From Candidatus Fermentibacterota bacterium (lineage in GTDB: Bacteria; Fermentibacterota; Fermentibacteria; Fermentibacterales; JCC-6), in contig CAWJQI010000004.1 of NCBI GenBank assembly GCA_963845085.1, positions 544,001-608,000 of the forward strand: DNA of 64,000 nt, written 5' to 3'. The first letter of the stretch is position 1. Each line of letters starts with the position of its first letter. Below the pieces are notes generated by a model that was given only the letters and a program-made list of their open reading frames with translations, had not been told where the DNA came from and searched no databases. Position numbers and translations under genes: made by a program. Positions 20,066 through 29,226 of this stretch are shown in pieces.

Positions 20066-21124
20066 TCAGAACAGGTCACGCAGACTGGGATAAACAGCTT
20101 CGGCGATCACACGGTTGGCGTAGGCGTCCCAGTGCGGATTGTCCTTCAGGGAAAACCACCGGCCGTCCCGGGCGAATGCCTCGGAATAGTACCCGGACAG
20201 CTCCAACAGACGGATGCCCGGATACCCTTCAACAGCTTCCCTGAGGGCGATCACATCATCGAAGACCTCTTCATCGCCATATTCGTAAATCCACGACCTC
20301 GGGCAGTCCGCAACGATCAGCACGGGACGGCCGAATGAACTCAGTTCGTCAAGCAGGAATTCCGTCTCGGCAGCGATGCGTGGCGAAGGCTGGTCTTCGG
20401 GGACCGGCCCGTTCCCGGGTCGCTCCAGCTCGGCATTCGCGTCGGCCAGCCCTCCCCCGAAAATCGGAACAAGGGCATTAACACGCAGGTACCTGACGAA
20501 TGCACTCCTCAAAAGCAGATCCTTCAGGAAGTTCCTCGTCCGGGCGTCGGGTCGCTCCTCGACAAAGCACCCCGGCGCGGTTTCAGAGTACTGGAAGAAG
20601 TAGGGATGCTTTCCGCCGGATTCCCTGAAACTCGATGCGATGTCTGATGCGTTCACGAAGATTATGTAGGCGTCGGGCGAGTACTGCTCCACCTCGTATC
20701 TCATGAGAGCGACGTACTGGGAAAGCATGCCGCCCGACATCGCAAATGTGTAGAAGCAAACGGAATCGTCGAACATCTCCGTCAGGTGAACATCGATGTG
20801 CTCATCGACATCCGAGTAGAAACCCTCCAGGTATGAATCCCCGAGTATCGCTGCCATGGGCGCGTCCCTCTCTTCAGCGGTTTCGTACTCGTAAACGCTG
20901 TTCCATCCCTGGCCGTTGATCGACCATTCAAACCCGCCCCGGCAATACCTCCCGTATGTGAACCTTCCGCGGGTGAAACTCCCGCTGTCGAACCTTCTAA
21001 TGCCCGACCCTAGAATGACTCCCTTCGGCCAGTCACATGCAGGCAGCACGAATCTGAAGAACAATTCGAGCACGACAGCCGTGCCCAGAACGAAAAGAAG
21101 CCCGTGTGCAAGAAATCTTTTCAC
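20066..21124 (-). CDS. Membrane-anchored SGNH/AlgJ-like protein
   Basis: N-terminal TM helix, LGDSYLEG block I, DNPHW C-terminal motif; GTG start at 21124; adjacent to MBOAT. Confidence 0.72.
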   Translation of the reverse strand: MKRFLAHGLLFVLGTAVVLELFFRFVLPACDWPKGVILGSGIRRFDSGSFTRGRFTYGRYCRGGFEWSINGQGWNSVYEYETAEERDAPMAAILGDSYLEGFYSDVDEHIDVHLTEMFDDSVCFYTFAMSGGMLSQYVALMRYEVEQYSPDAYIIFVNASDIASSFRESGGKHPYFFQYSETAPGCFVEERPDARTRNFLKDLLLRSAFVRYLRVNALVPIFGGGLADANAELERPGNGPVPEDQPSPRIAAETEFLLDELSSFGRPVLIVADCPRSWIYEYGDEEVFDDVIALREAVEGYPGIRLLELSGYYSEAFARDGRWFSLKDNPHWDAYANRVIAEAVYPSLRDLF

Positions 21125-21340
21125 TGATCTCCGGTGTTCATACCCGACACCCGGCGGGAAAGCAGACCGCAGTGTGGAAGGCGTGGCCACCATAAGAAAA
21201 TGATCCCGGTGGCACAACCTGCCGCGCCGGCGGACAAGGTCCTGCGGGCAGCACGCCGTGCATCCCTTCTTAAGGCTCTTGGAGGAGACGAGCCGCTTGG
21301 GCCACCCCGCTTCTTTATGTATTGTTGCACGGGAGGTTCG

Positions 21341-21793
21341 GTGAAAAAGCTGTTTTTCGACATCGTGGACAGTCTCCTGACGGGTCTTACGCTTCAAGCG
21401 CTGCTACTTTTCATCTGGTTCTCGCTGGTTGCGGGACTCGTGGCTGCGATAGTCGACCTGGTTCAGTTCTTCCGGTACAGCGCCGCATTCCCGGACGGCG
21501 ACTTCTCCCCGGTGGCAACTGCCGGTGCGGCGGCAGTGCTCATGTTCGGATTCTCCCTGTGGGGCGCCATTGCGATCCACAGGAAAAAGCGCCGCCTTAC
21601 AGCGCTTCGTCTCGGGGTTTCCACTGCCATGGCGTTTCTGCTCGCCTTTCTTCCCCGCCCTGCCATCGGGACCGGTGTAAGGACTGACCTTTTCGCTTTT
21701 CTGGGAGGGCTCGGTGCCCTGGGCGTAGTGCTTCTCATAGTGACTGACCCCGGTTCCCGGCAGGATGGATCGGATGCCGATGAAAGGGTTTGA
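21341..21793 (+). CDS. Hypothetical membrane protein (~4 TM)
   Basis: GTG at 21341 after GGGAGG; hydrophobic segments. Confidence 0.65.
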   Translation: MKKLFFDIVDSLLTGLTLQALLLFIWFSLVAGLVAAIVDLVQFFRYSAAFPDGDFSPVATAGAAAVLMFGFSLWGAIAIHRKKRRLTALRLGVSTAMAFLLAFLPRPAIGTGVRTDLFAFLGGLGALGVVLLIVTDPGSRQDGSDADERV

Positions 21794-22745
21794 ACCGCCC
21801 GATGGGATAACCCGGGCCGCATGCAGATGGCTCGGCGCAGGCGCGAAAAGGGGCGGTTACGAAGGCCCGGAGCCCGGTGGAGGGCATAACCTGTTCCCGC
21901 TTCTTTCCATGGAATTTGGAAAAAGGGAGGCGTTCCTTCTCTCCTCCGCCCAATGGTTCCGCCAGGAACAGATACTTGGGCCTTTGTTGAAAATGCTTTC
22001 CGACGAAGGGGAAGCGCTCTGGGCTTTCAAGGGCTTCGATCTGGCGAGAAGCGTCTACCCCTTTCCCGAGGGAAGACCCATGGGTGATGCGGATCTTTAC
22101 GTCGAGGCGGGCAACCTTCGGGGGGTGCTGAATGCCTTCCGAAGATGCGGATGGTCAATGCGGTCTCCGGGCGACGGCATTTTCTTCTCCGGGATTATTT
22201 CCGAGATGAAGATGGAGAAACACGGAATCATCGCGGAACTGCATACGCACATATTCTATTTTCCGGCAACATTTCCCGGAAGGCTTCCGGCCGACATGTT
22301 CGAGAACGGCCGCCCCCTCGGCCCGGGGCTCAAGGGGTTTTCCTGGCACAACGCCCTGCTGATGGTGCTGATCCACATGCTGGTCAACGCCGACATCAGG
22401 CCGTACTGGTGGGTCGATGCATTCCTGCTCTGCGGCAGGACCACCAGTGAGGAGGGCTGGGGAAAATTCGCGAGGAACGCCGCCGGAACAAGGCTCGGAC
22501 ACTCGATCTCCTCCATTCTTGCAGTTGCGGCAGAGACTCTCGACGCCCCAGTGCCGGAAGCCGTCATCCGGGAGCTCGGAAGGTGCGACGCATCCCGGGA
22601 GCTCATACTCGAGCGACTGAAAACGCGGAGGAAGGCGCCCTCCCTCCTCAACATGGTGCACCTCCAGGGCTGGAAAAGGCTGTCATGGATTCCTGCCGTA
22701 TTGTGGAACGCCTTCACGCAGCGGGAGGATCAGAGGGGGAATTGA
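21780..22745 (+). CDS. Nucleotidyltransferase family protein (NTP_transf_5-like)
   Basis: FKGFDLARSVYP, RPMGDADLYV, ELH, WWVD motifs. Confidence 0.8.
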   Translation: MKGFEPPDGITRAACRWLGAGAKRGGYEGPEPGGGHNLFPLLSMEFGKREAFLLSSAQWFRQEQILGPLLKMLSDEGEALWAFKGFDLARSVYPFPEGRPMGDADLYVEAGNLRGVLNAFRRCGWSMRSPGDGIFFSGIISEMKMEKHGIIAELHTHIFYFPATFPGRLPADMFENGRPLGPGLKGFSWHNALLMVLIHMLVNADIRPYWWVDAFLLCGRTTSEEGWGKFARNAAGTRLGHSISSILAVAAETLDAPVPEAVIRELGRCDASRELILERLKTRRKAPSLLNMVHLQGWKRLSWIPAVLWNAFTQREDQRGN

Positions 22746-22795
22746 CGCATTGCCGCCCTGCTGTATTGTCATCCCCGAACAACCTGGAGGGAAAA

Positions 22796-23554
22796 ATGCT
22801 GCACAACGAAGTGATCGATTCGCTCATGAACCGGAAATCAATTCGAAGGTACAAAGCAGATTCTCCGTCCGACGAGGTCGTGGAGTCGGTGGTGCGCGCA
22901 GGACAGCAGGCTCCGTTCGCCATGCAGCTAGGAAGCGTTCTCCTCTCGCGCAGGCCCGAATCGAATCCGTTCAGGGCGCCGCTTTGTTTCACGATCTGCG
23001 TGGACGTCCACAGAATGGAAAAGGTCATGGAGAAAAGAGGCTGGAAGAGGAACGCCTCGGACCTCTACACTCTCCTGTTCGGCATGCAGGACGCCTGCTA
23101 CATGGCCCAGAACATGGTTGTCGCCGCCGAAAGCCTCGGACTCGGAAGCTGCTACATCGGTGGCGCCCCGTTCATGGCCGGCAAGATCCGCACGCAGTTC
23201 GGGCTTCCGGAAGGCGTTTTCCCCCTCGTCATGCTCTCCATGGGTTACCCGGATGAAGAGCCGCCTGTGCGTCCCCGATATCCCATGTCCTTCCACCTGT
23301 TCGAGGGTTCGTACCCCGAGCTCAGCGATGAGAGGGTGACCGAGGCCATGGAGGCAATGGACCAGGGCTACCTCGAGCAGGAGTACTACAGAAGGGCCGA
23401 TTTCATGATCCCGCTTCCGGAGGGGATGGATGAAAGTTTCACCTTCGACGACTACAGCTGGACCGAGCACATCTCGCGGAAGCTCGGCCTCTGGGGCGCC
23501 GACCCCTCTCATATCATCGGCATTCTTGCCGAGTGCGGCTTTGACATTACATGA
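22796..23554 (+). CDS. Nitroreductase family protein (NfsA-like)
   Basis: RKSIRRY, AQNMVVAAESLGLGSCYIG, GYP..RPR; ATG after GGAGGG. Confidence 0.92.
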   Translation: MLHNEVIDSLMNRKSIRRYKADSPSDEVVESVVRAGQQAPFAMQLGSVLLSRRPESNPFRAPLCFTICVDVHRMEKVMEKRGWKRNASDLYTLLFGMQDACYMAQNMVVAAESLGLGSCYIGGAPFMAGKIRTQFGLPEGVFPLVMLSMGYPDEEPPVRPRYPMSFHLFEGSYPELSDERVTEAMEAMDQGYLEQEYYRRADFMIPLPEGMDESFTFDDYSWTEHISRKLGLWGADPSHIIGILAECGFDIT

Positions 23555-23574
23555 ATCCGTCGAACGGAGGCAGC

Positions 23575-24066
23575 ATGAAAAAGCTTGTGGTTTTCTACTC
23601 GCTCGAGGGCAATACACGGCTTGTGGCGAAAACGATAGCCGAGGCCTCGGGTGCCGACCTGCTCGAGTTGAAGCCCGCCCTTGCCCCGCCCTCCAGGGGT
23701 TTCAAAAAGTACTTCTGGGGAGGGCGTGCCGCGTTGATGCACGCGAAACCCGGGCTTGCACCCTTCGAAGTGGACCCTTCATCATACGACATGCTTTTCA
23801 TAGGAACGCCGGTATGGGCATGGACCTTCGCCCCCCCGATGAACACCTTCCTCTCCGGTCAGGACCTGTCCGGAAAAAAGATTGCCCTCTTCTGCTGCCA
23901 TGGCGGAGGTCCGGGCCGGATATTCCAGAAGATGCGTGCAGCAATGCCGGGAGGGGTTTTTCTTGGCGAAATGGACTTTCAGGAACCGCTTGCGCATGAA
24001 ACCGAGGCGGAGATGAAAAAAGCACGGGAATGGGCGCTATCGATTCTGGGCAGCCCCGGTTTGTGA
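23575..24066 (+). CDS. Flavodoxin-like protein
   Basis: FYSLEGNT, IGTPVWAW, FCCHGG; ATG after GGAGG. Confidence 0.9.
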   Translation: MKKLVVFYSLEGNTRLVAKTIAEASGADLLELKPALAPPSRGFKKYFWGGRAALMHAKPGLAPFEVDPSSYDMLFIGTPVWAWTFAPPMNTFLSGQDLSGKKIALFCCHGGGPGRIFQKMRAAMPGGVFLGEMDFQEPLAHETEAEMKKAREWALSILGSPGL

Positions 24067-25584
24067 GCAATCAAAGGCCTGAGGACTGTCAGGCCTTGAA
24101 TACCACTTCACCTTGGTTATCACTGGGTTCGTGCCTTTCCTCAGGTGCCTGTCGTAAAAGTCCGCTGCAAACCTGTACACGGTCATATCGCTCTTCAGTG
24201 TGAACTTCCTTGTGAGCACGGATCGTACATTAAGAAGCACCTTGATGGGATGAAAAAAAAGCTTCAGGAGGGCAAAATTGGCGTATATCCATAACCGCGA
24301 AAGGGTGATAAGCCTGTAGTTTTCCCTCCAGGTCGGCGAGAAATTGATGTCCTCGAACTCGATATCGTCCGGCTTGAGACCCGCGACAGCGGTGTTTGGA
24401 AGAGGTGTCAGCATGAATGCTGTGATTTCATCCATGCCCTGAATGGTCAGCTGCCTGATGAACCTGTATGTAAGCCTTCTATCCCTGCGTTCCTCCCCCG
24501 GGAAGCCAAGTACAAAATTGCAGTTCACCCTGATCCCGAGTTCATGGCACCAGCGTACGACCTTCCTGACAAACTCGAGATCGACAGGCTTGTTCATCAG
24601 CCCCAGAACCTTTTTGGACGCAGACTCAGGAGAGAGGGAAATGTACCGGCATCCCGACCTGTGGAGTAGCACCAGTTCATCCCGGCTTACCGTCTCTACC
24701 TTGATGCCCGAAGGAAAACAGTAGGTGTATTCTCTGTTCCGCTTCAGAAGCTCCTGGGCAAACTCCCTCGTCCGCTCCCTGGAAAGGGAGAAGTTCTCGT
24801 CCTGGATGTGAAAGTCGGTTACTCCGTGCCTCTCATTGTAGTGGTCCATCTCGTCAACGATCCGACGGGGCGACTTGGCCATCCAGTGACCTCCCCACAT
24901 TTTGGGAGTCTGGCAAAAGGCGCAGGCGAAGGGACACCCTCTGCTGGTGAACATCGGGATGTACCTGCCATCCCTTACGGGCCCGTGTGCATACCTGAGC
25001 TTCCAGTAGGCCTCGAGCGGGATCGGATCGAAGAAGGCAAAAGGCAGGTCTTCGATGGGGCACACGATCGGAGTGCGCTCCTCGGCCTGGTTACTGCTGA
25101 AAATGCCGTCCATCGTAAAAGGCACACCCGACTCCAGCGATCGCAGAAGCATGGGAAGGCGCTTCTCCCCCTCTCCCTGAAGTACGTAGTCCGCACCGGC
25201 AGCAAGAAACGGTTCAACACAGAATGTCGTGTGATAACCCCCGACGATAACGGGAATATCGGGAAACTTTTTCTTTGAGTGCTTTATTATCGAAATCGCC
25301 ATTCCGTGTTCGAGAGTACAGTGAACCGATAACCCTATTGCATCGGCGTCATCGGGGATTGAGTCAACAATCTCGCCCGGCAGCAAACCCCTGGCTTCAA
25401 ATTTGCCGAGATATGGTGTAAATCTGTGCGGAGCAAGCCCGTAGGAGTCAACGACAGTCACGGTATGGCCGTCATTCAGAAGCACACTGCAAAGGTAGGG
25501 AAGATTGGCAGGGATTCCTGGGGTAGACCCGAACGGGCTGTTCCTGAGGTTGACCACCGGGGTACGAAGAAGGGCGATCTTCAT
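24037..25584 (-). CDS. Cobalamin-binding radical SAM protein
   Basis: N-terminal B12-binding domain (IVGGYH, GEGE), SRGCPFACAFC, NFVLGFPGE; ATG at 25584 overlaps the upstream stop. Confidence 0.92.
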   Translation of the reverse strand: MKIALLRTPVVNLRNSPFGSTPGIPANLPYLCSVLLNDGHTVTVVDSYGLAPHRFTPYLGKFEARGLLPGEIVDSIPDDADAIGLSVHCTLEHGMAISIIKHSKKKFPDIPVIVGGYHTTFCVEPFLAAGADYVLQGEGEKRLPMLLRSLESGVPFTMDGIFSSNQAEERTPIVCPIEDLPFAFFDPIPLEAYWKLRYAHGPVRDGRYIPMFTSRGCPFACAFCQTPKMWGGHWMAKSPRRIVDEMDHYNERHGVTDFHIQDENFSLSRERTREFAQELLKRNREYTYCFPSGIKVETVSRDELVLLHRSGCRYISLSPESASKKVLGLMNKPVDLEFVRKVVRWCHELGIRVNCNFVLGFPGEERRDRRLTYRFIRQLTIQGMDEITAFMLTPLPNTAVAGLKPDDIEFEDINFSPTWRENYRLITLSRLWIYANFALLKLFFHPIKVLLNVRSVLTRKFTLKSDMTVYRFAADFYDRHLRKGTNPVITKVKWYSRPDSPQAFDCSQTGAAQNR

Positions 25585-26663
25585 ACGGCCACCCCTCGTG
25601 AAGTGAACATCTGCTTCACGGTCTCCACAAAAAGCGCAGGCGCGAACCTGGGATCGCACACGATGTTGCAGGAAACCGCACACTCCCATGTGCATGCACA
25701 TTTGCCTGAATTAACATGTTTTATGAAGCTGTCGGACCGTGCAAGAATGCTCTTGAGATCGTACCGGTTCGCCCGAAGATCACCGAGTACATCCTCCCTG
25801 CACTCGCACAGTCTGACCTGGCCTGTTTCGCTTATCACCGTGAACATCCTGCCGGCAGTACATTCTGATAGCACTTTGCCCGCCATGACCTTCTCAAGCC
25901 CTTTAATGTAAAGGCTGTTGAGTCCCCTGAAGAAGGAGCTGAATGCCCTGCTCTCTCTTGAGCTGCTGCCTTTTCTGTATCTGGCCAGCTCTTCAAGAAA
26001 GACAGAGTTGTCACACCCGGGGTGGGATACCGCCGGCCACTCCGGTCTTAGGAAATGCAGCTCGTGGTTGTCAGGGGATATTCTGTCCCTCACCAGTTTT
26101 CGCAATGCATCGTGATCCTGCCCGGGCGAGTTCAGATAGATTGAAACGATGTCAAGCGTGAGGTTCTTTCTGGTCTTTTTAAGCTCGTTTATGGCGGCGG
26201 CCGACTCGAGTACGCTGTCCAGACAGCCTGCAACCCTTCTTGAAATGTCGTGCTTCACATCCCCGTGGTCGATGCTGAAAGCTGCCCTGAAATGGCACCG
26301 GGGATACTTCTCGGTAAGAGTGCTGAAGAGCTCACGGCTTCTGGCCGGGGCGAGTCCGTTTGAGGGAACCGTTATGAACTGGCAATGGGCGTTTTCAATG
26401 AAAGAGCTGATTATCTCCGCCAGATCATCCCGAAGAACCGGCTCTCCGCCTGAGATCAATAGATACGGTATGTTGCCGCATTTTTTCGATATGAGTCGGA
26501 ATTCGTCAGTTGTCAGCTCCAGCCTTTTCCTTGTCCTGCACGCCACCTCCTCGCCATAAAAGCAGAAGTCACACCCGGCATTGCACTGGGATGTGACGAA
26601 AAGAATAAGATAGGAAGGCTGTCGCTTGTTCAGGTAGCTGCGGGCCATTCTTACGATGTCCAT
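25581..26663 (-). CDS. Radical SAM protein with SPASM/twitch-type C-terminus
   Basis: CNAGCDFC, SGGEP, C-terminal CTAG...CE...CACTWEC. Confidence 0.92.
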   Translation of the reverse strand: MDIVRMARSYLNKRQPSYLILFVTSQCNAGCDFCFYGEEVACRTRKRLELTTDEFRLISKKCGNIPYLLISGGEPVLRDDLAEIISSFIENAHCQFITVPSNGLAPARSRELFSTLTEKYPRCHFRAAFSIDHGDVKHDISRRVAGCLDSVLESAAAINELKKTRKNLTLDIVSIYLNSPGQDHDALRKLVRDRISPDNHELHFLRPEWPAVSHPGCDNSVFLEELARYRKGSSSRESRAFSSFFRGLNSLYIKGLEKVMAGKVLSECTAGRMFTVISETGQVRLCECREDVLGDLRANRYDLKSILARSDSFIKHVNSGKCACTWECAVSCNIVCDPRFAPALFVETVKQMFTSRGVAV

Positions 26664-26876
26664 GAGAGGTTCTGCTCCAAGAGGTTGCCGGCGGAACGGC
26701 GCAGTGACGAAAATGCGGGGTACAGCCGGGAAGGTGATAAGTATCGGCCGTCCGGAATTCCGTCAGGCCCTGCGATTTTTCATTAGCATTCGGCTGTACG
26801 GAATGTTCCCGCGCACCTGCAGCACGGGCGTTTCAGCGGGATCCGGGTCGTACGCATAACTGAACGGGGGAATAGA

Positions 26877-27422
26877 ATGACATTCGAGGACGTTGCCGCG
26901 TTTCACGGCCACGAATGCCCGGGGCTTGCCATGGGTTACAGGATGGCGCTGGCGGGTCTCTCGGCCCTTGCCGGCGAAAGGGCGGCCGACGAGGAACTCG
27001 TTGCTGTCGTCGAGAACGACGCATGCGGCGTTGACGCCCTGCAATGCCTTTCGGGCTGCACGTTCGGAAAGGGCAACCTGTTGTTTCGGGACTACGGAAA
27101 AAGCGTGTACACGATCTATTCCCGCCTGACCCGCCGCGGCGTCAGGGTCCTGTTCCACGGCAGCGGTGCACCGGACGGGCTGCGCGGGGACAGGAAGGCC
27201 TACATGGAATGGATCCTTGCGGCCCCCGAGAAGGACATGATCACAGTTGCACCGGCGGTTGCCGATGAGCCCGAGCCGGCAAGGATAATGGCTTCGGTGC
27301 CCTGTGCGATCTGCGGCGAACGTGTCATGGAGACAAGAACACGCCAGGCGGGTGAGGGACTCGTCTGTATCCCGTGCTTCGCGATGTTCTCAAGCCAGAC
27401 CGGTCAGTTGCCCAGAAGCTGA
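26877..27422 (+). CDS. FmdE family protein with C-terminal Zn finger
   Basis: FHGHECPG, ENDACGVDALQ, GCTFGKGNL, CAICGE...CIPC. Confidence 0.92.
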   Translation: MTFEDVAAFHGHECPGLAMGYRMALAGLSALAGERAADEELVAVVENDACGVDALQCLSGCTFGKGNLLFRDYGKSVYTIYSRLTRRGVRVLFHGSGAPDGLRGDRKAYMEWILAAPEKDMITVAPAVADEPEPARIMASVPCAICGERVMETRTRQAGEGLVCIPCFAMFSSQTGQLPRS

Positions 27423-28582
27423 ACCACGGTGAAGACAAGCCCTGCAAGGGTCGCCACGAGGCTCACATAGTCGGTGTTCTTCGAGATCCAGGTGTAGTCC
27501 ACTTCGACCGTGCTGTTGGGCGGAACGATGTAGAGGGCAGGATCCTCCACGTTGAACGATGTTCCGCTGGTGCTGACAACGATGTCATCGGTATCGGCCT
27601 CGACGAGATAACCCCCCGCAGCCTGAATGTACCAGTCAATGGTGGCTCCGGGACGAAAATCGATGATCCCGGGTGCGACGACCGCACCTCCTATGAACAC
27701 GGTGCTCTCGTGGGGAACCAGATTCAACGTGTCGCCGGGCATGAGCGTCAGTTCGGCATAGCCCGCGCCTTCGCTCCAGATCGGCAGAACCCGGTTGTCC
27801 CGCGTTGACAGGTAAGAGACGGGCAGGTCAAGATTGCCGGTGAAAAGCGGTGTTTCCGCAAGCAGCGCTTCAAGGGGGATGCCATTGGAGGGTATGTCGT
27901 ACGTGGAAACTGCCCCGTGAGCGTTTATGAAGAGCGGATTTACGCAGGGGTGCATTTCGATCGATGCAACCTGGCTCAGCATGGGGTCGGAACGGGGCCT
28001 TCCGGTTTCGGGGTCGATGGAGAGATCAACAGGCTCGGTACTTCCCTCAGGAGTGATTACATGCCCATACTGGGAGCCGTACATTCGAAGCCCGTCGCTC
28101 TCCCGGATCGCATCGGATACCGACTGCGTGGCGAACATGGCCAGCCTTCCGGGGTTCACGACGGTGCCCCTTACATCGATGTTCACCACCCTCGGGAAAC
28201 TGAGTGAAAGGCGCGCGCGCAGTGAGGGGAAGAACGTTCTGACAAGCGCGTCGAGGCTCTGCTGGGCCTCGGTGATGCTTCTTCCCTCAACCAGGACCGA
28301 ACCGATGCCCGAAACGTTGAGATATCCGTCGAGCGAGACCTCGCACTTGTCCAGCGGAAGAACACCGACGGAGAGAAGGTACTCCGATACGCCGCCCTCG
28401 ATTGTAACCAGCAGCAGGTCACCGGCAGCCAGACGGTAAAGGTCGCGGTCCACCGGAACAACTGCGATGCCCGATGGAACAGCCTCTGAATATGTGGTCA
28501 TCTGAGGAGACGAAAGGCCTGCGCCCGGGGTTGCGGCTGGCAGTGACAGCTGCGCGACGATCATCATAAGTATGAGAACCAT
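27404..28582 (-). CDS. SLBB-domain polysaccharide export-like protein (Wza/KpsD-like)
   Basis: YRLAAGD, VRGTVVNPG, IGGAVVAPG, YIQAAGG repeats; signal-like N-terminus and C-terminal helix. Confidence 0.78.
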   Translation of the reverse strand: MVLILMMIVAQLSLPAATPGAGLSSPQMTTYSEAVPSGIAVVPVDRDLYRLAAGDLLLVTIEGGVSEYLLSVGVLPLDKCEVSLDGYLNVSGIGSVLVEGRSITEAQQSLDALVRTFFPSLRARLSLSFPRVVNIDVRGTVVNPGRLAMFATQSVSDAIRESDGLRMYGSQYGHVITPEGSTEPVDLSIDPETGRPRSDPMLSQVASIEMHPCVNPLFINAHGAVSTYDIPSNGIPLEALLAETPLFTGNLDLPVSYLSTRDNRVLPIWSEGAGYAELTLMPGDTLNLVPHESTVFIGGAVVAPGIIDFRPGATIDWYIQAAGGYLVEADTDDIVVSTSGTSFNVEDPALYIVPPNSTVEVDYTWISKNTDYVSLVATLAGLVFTVVQLLGN

Positions 28583-28793
28583 TGAGCCCCTTTTACGGTC
28601 CGGGTGTAGTTCACCGTTGCCCTCCGGCAACCTCTGACAAGAGTGAAACTATAACCCCGGCAGTTGTTTCGGGTCAATCGCGGGGGCTTTTCCGACCTGC
28701 CGGCCCGACAGCATTGTCTGGCCTGGGTTGCCCGGTCATCCCAGCTTATTTTAACATGTATGAGTTTGCGACATCGAATCGGGGGGGTGCATA

Positions 28794-29186
28794 ATGGATT
28801 CTGAAACTGCCAGCCGCGCCGAAAAAGCGTTTCTTGAGGATACGGACAGGATTGCCGGGGAAGATGTTGACAGAGTTCTTGTGAATCGCGAACCTATCAT
28901 CAGGAAAGTTCTTGGAAGCAAACATCTCGCCTCGTTCGTCGGCGACGTGGAACTGCTTTTCGGAATGATCCGCGACTACATGACAAAAAGGTACAGGGAA
29001 ATCCCCTGGAAAACCATCGCGGCGGCGGCGGCCACCCTGCTTTACATTCTCAACCCCTTCGACATCATTCCCGACTTCATCCCGGGGATCGGTTACATCG
29101 ACGACGGCATGGTGCTCATGCTGGCGTTGAAGATGGTCGGGAAGGACCTGGAGAAGTACAGGAACTGGCGGAACGCCAGCCGTTGA
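28794..29186 (+). CDS. YkvA / DUF1232 family protein
   Basis: YILNPFDIIPDFIPGIGYIDD. Confidence 0.93.
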   Translation: MDSETASRAEKAFLEDTDRIAGEDVDRVLVNREPIIRKVLGSKHLASFVGDVELLFGMIRDYMTKRYREIPWKTIAAAAATLLYILNPFDIIPDFIPGIGYIDDGMVLMLALKMVGKDLEKYRNWRNASR

Positions 29187-29226
29187 CCCGCTTCCCCCGC
29201 GAACAGCACAATGCTATGATCCCGGT

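Noticed and set aside
21125..21340. Intergenic region with hairpin ccggtgt/acaccgg, possible ncRNA
   Set aside because: A single 7-bp stem in GC-rich DNA; no family features.
26664..26876. Possible cobalamin or Moco riboswitch between the radical SAM pair and fmdE; 9-bp IR gtacagccg/cggctgtac
   Set aside because: No B12-box or Moco consensus recognisable by eye; an Rfam/Infernal scan would be needed.
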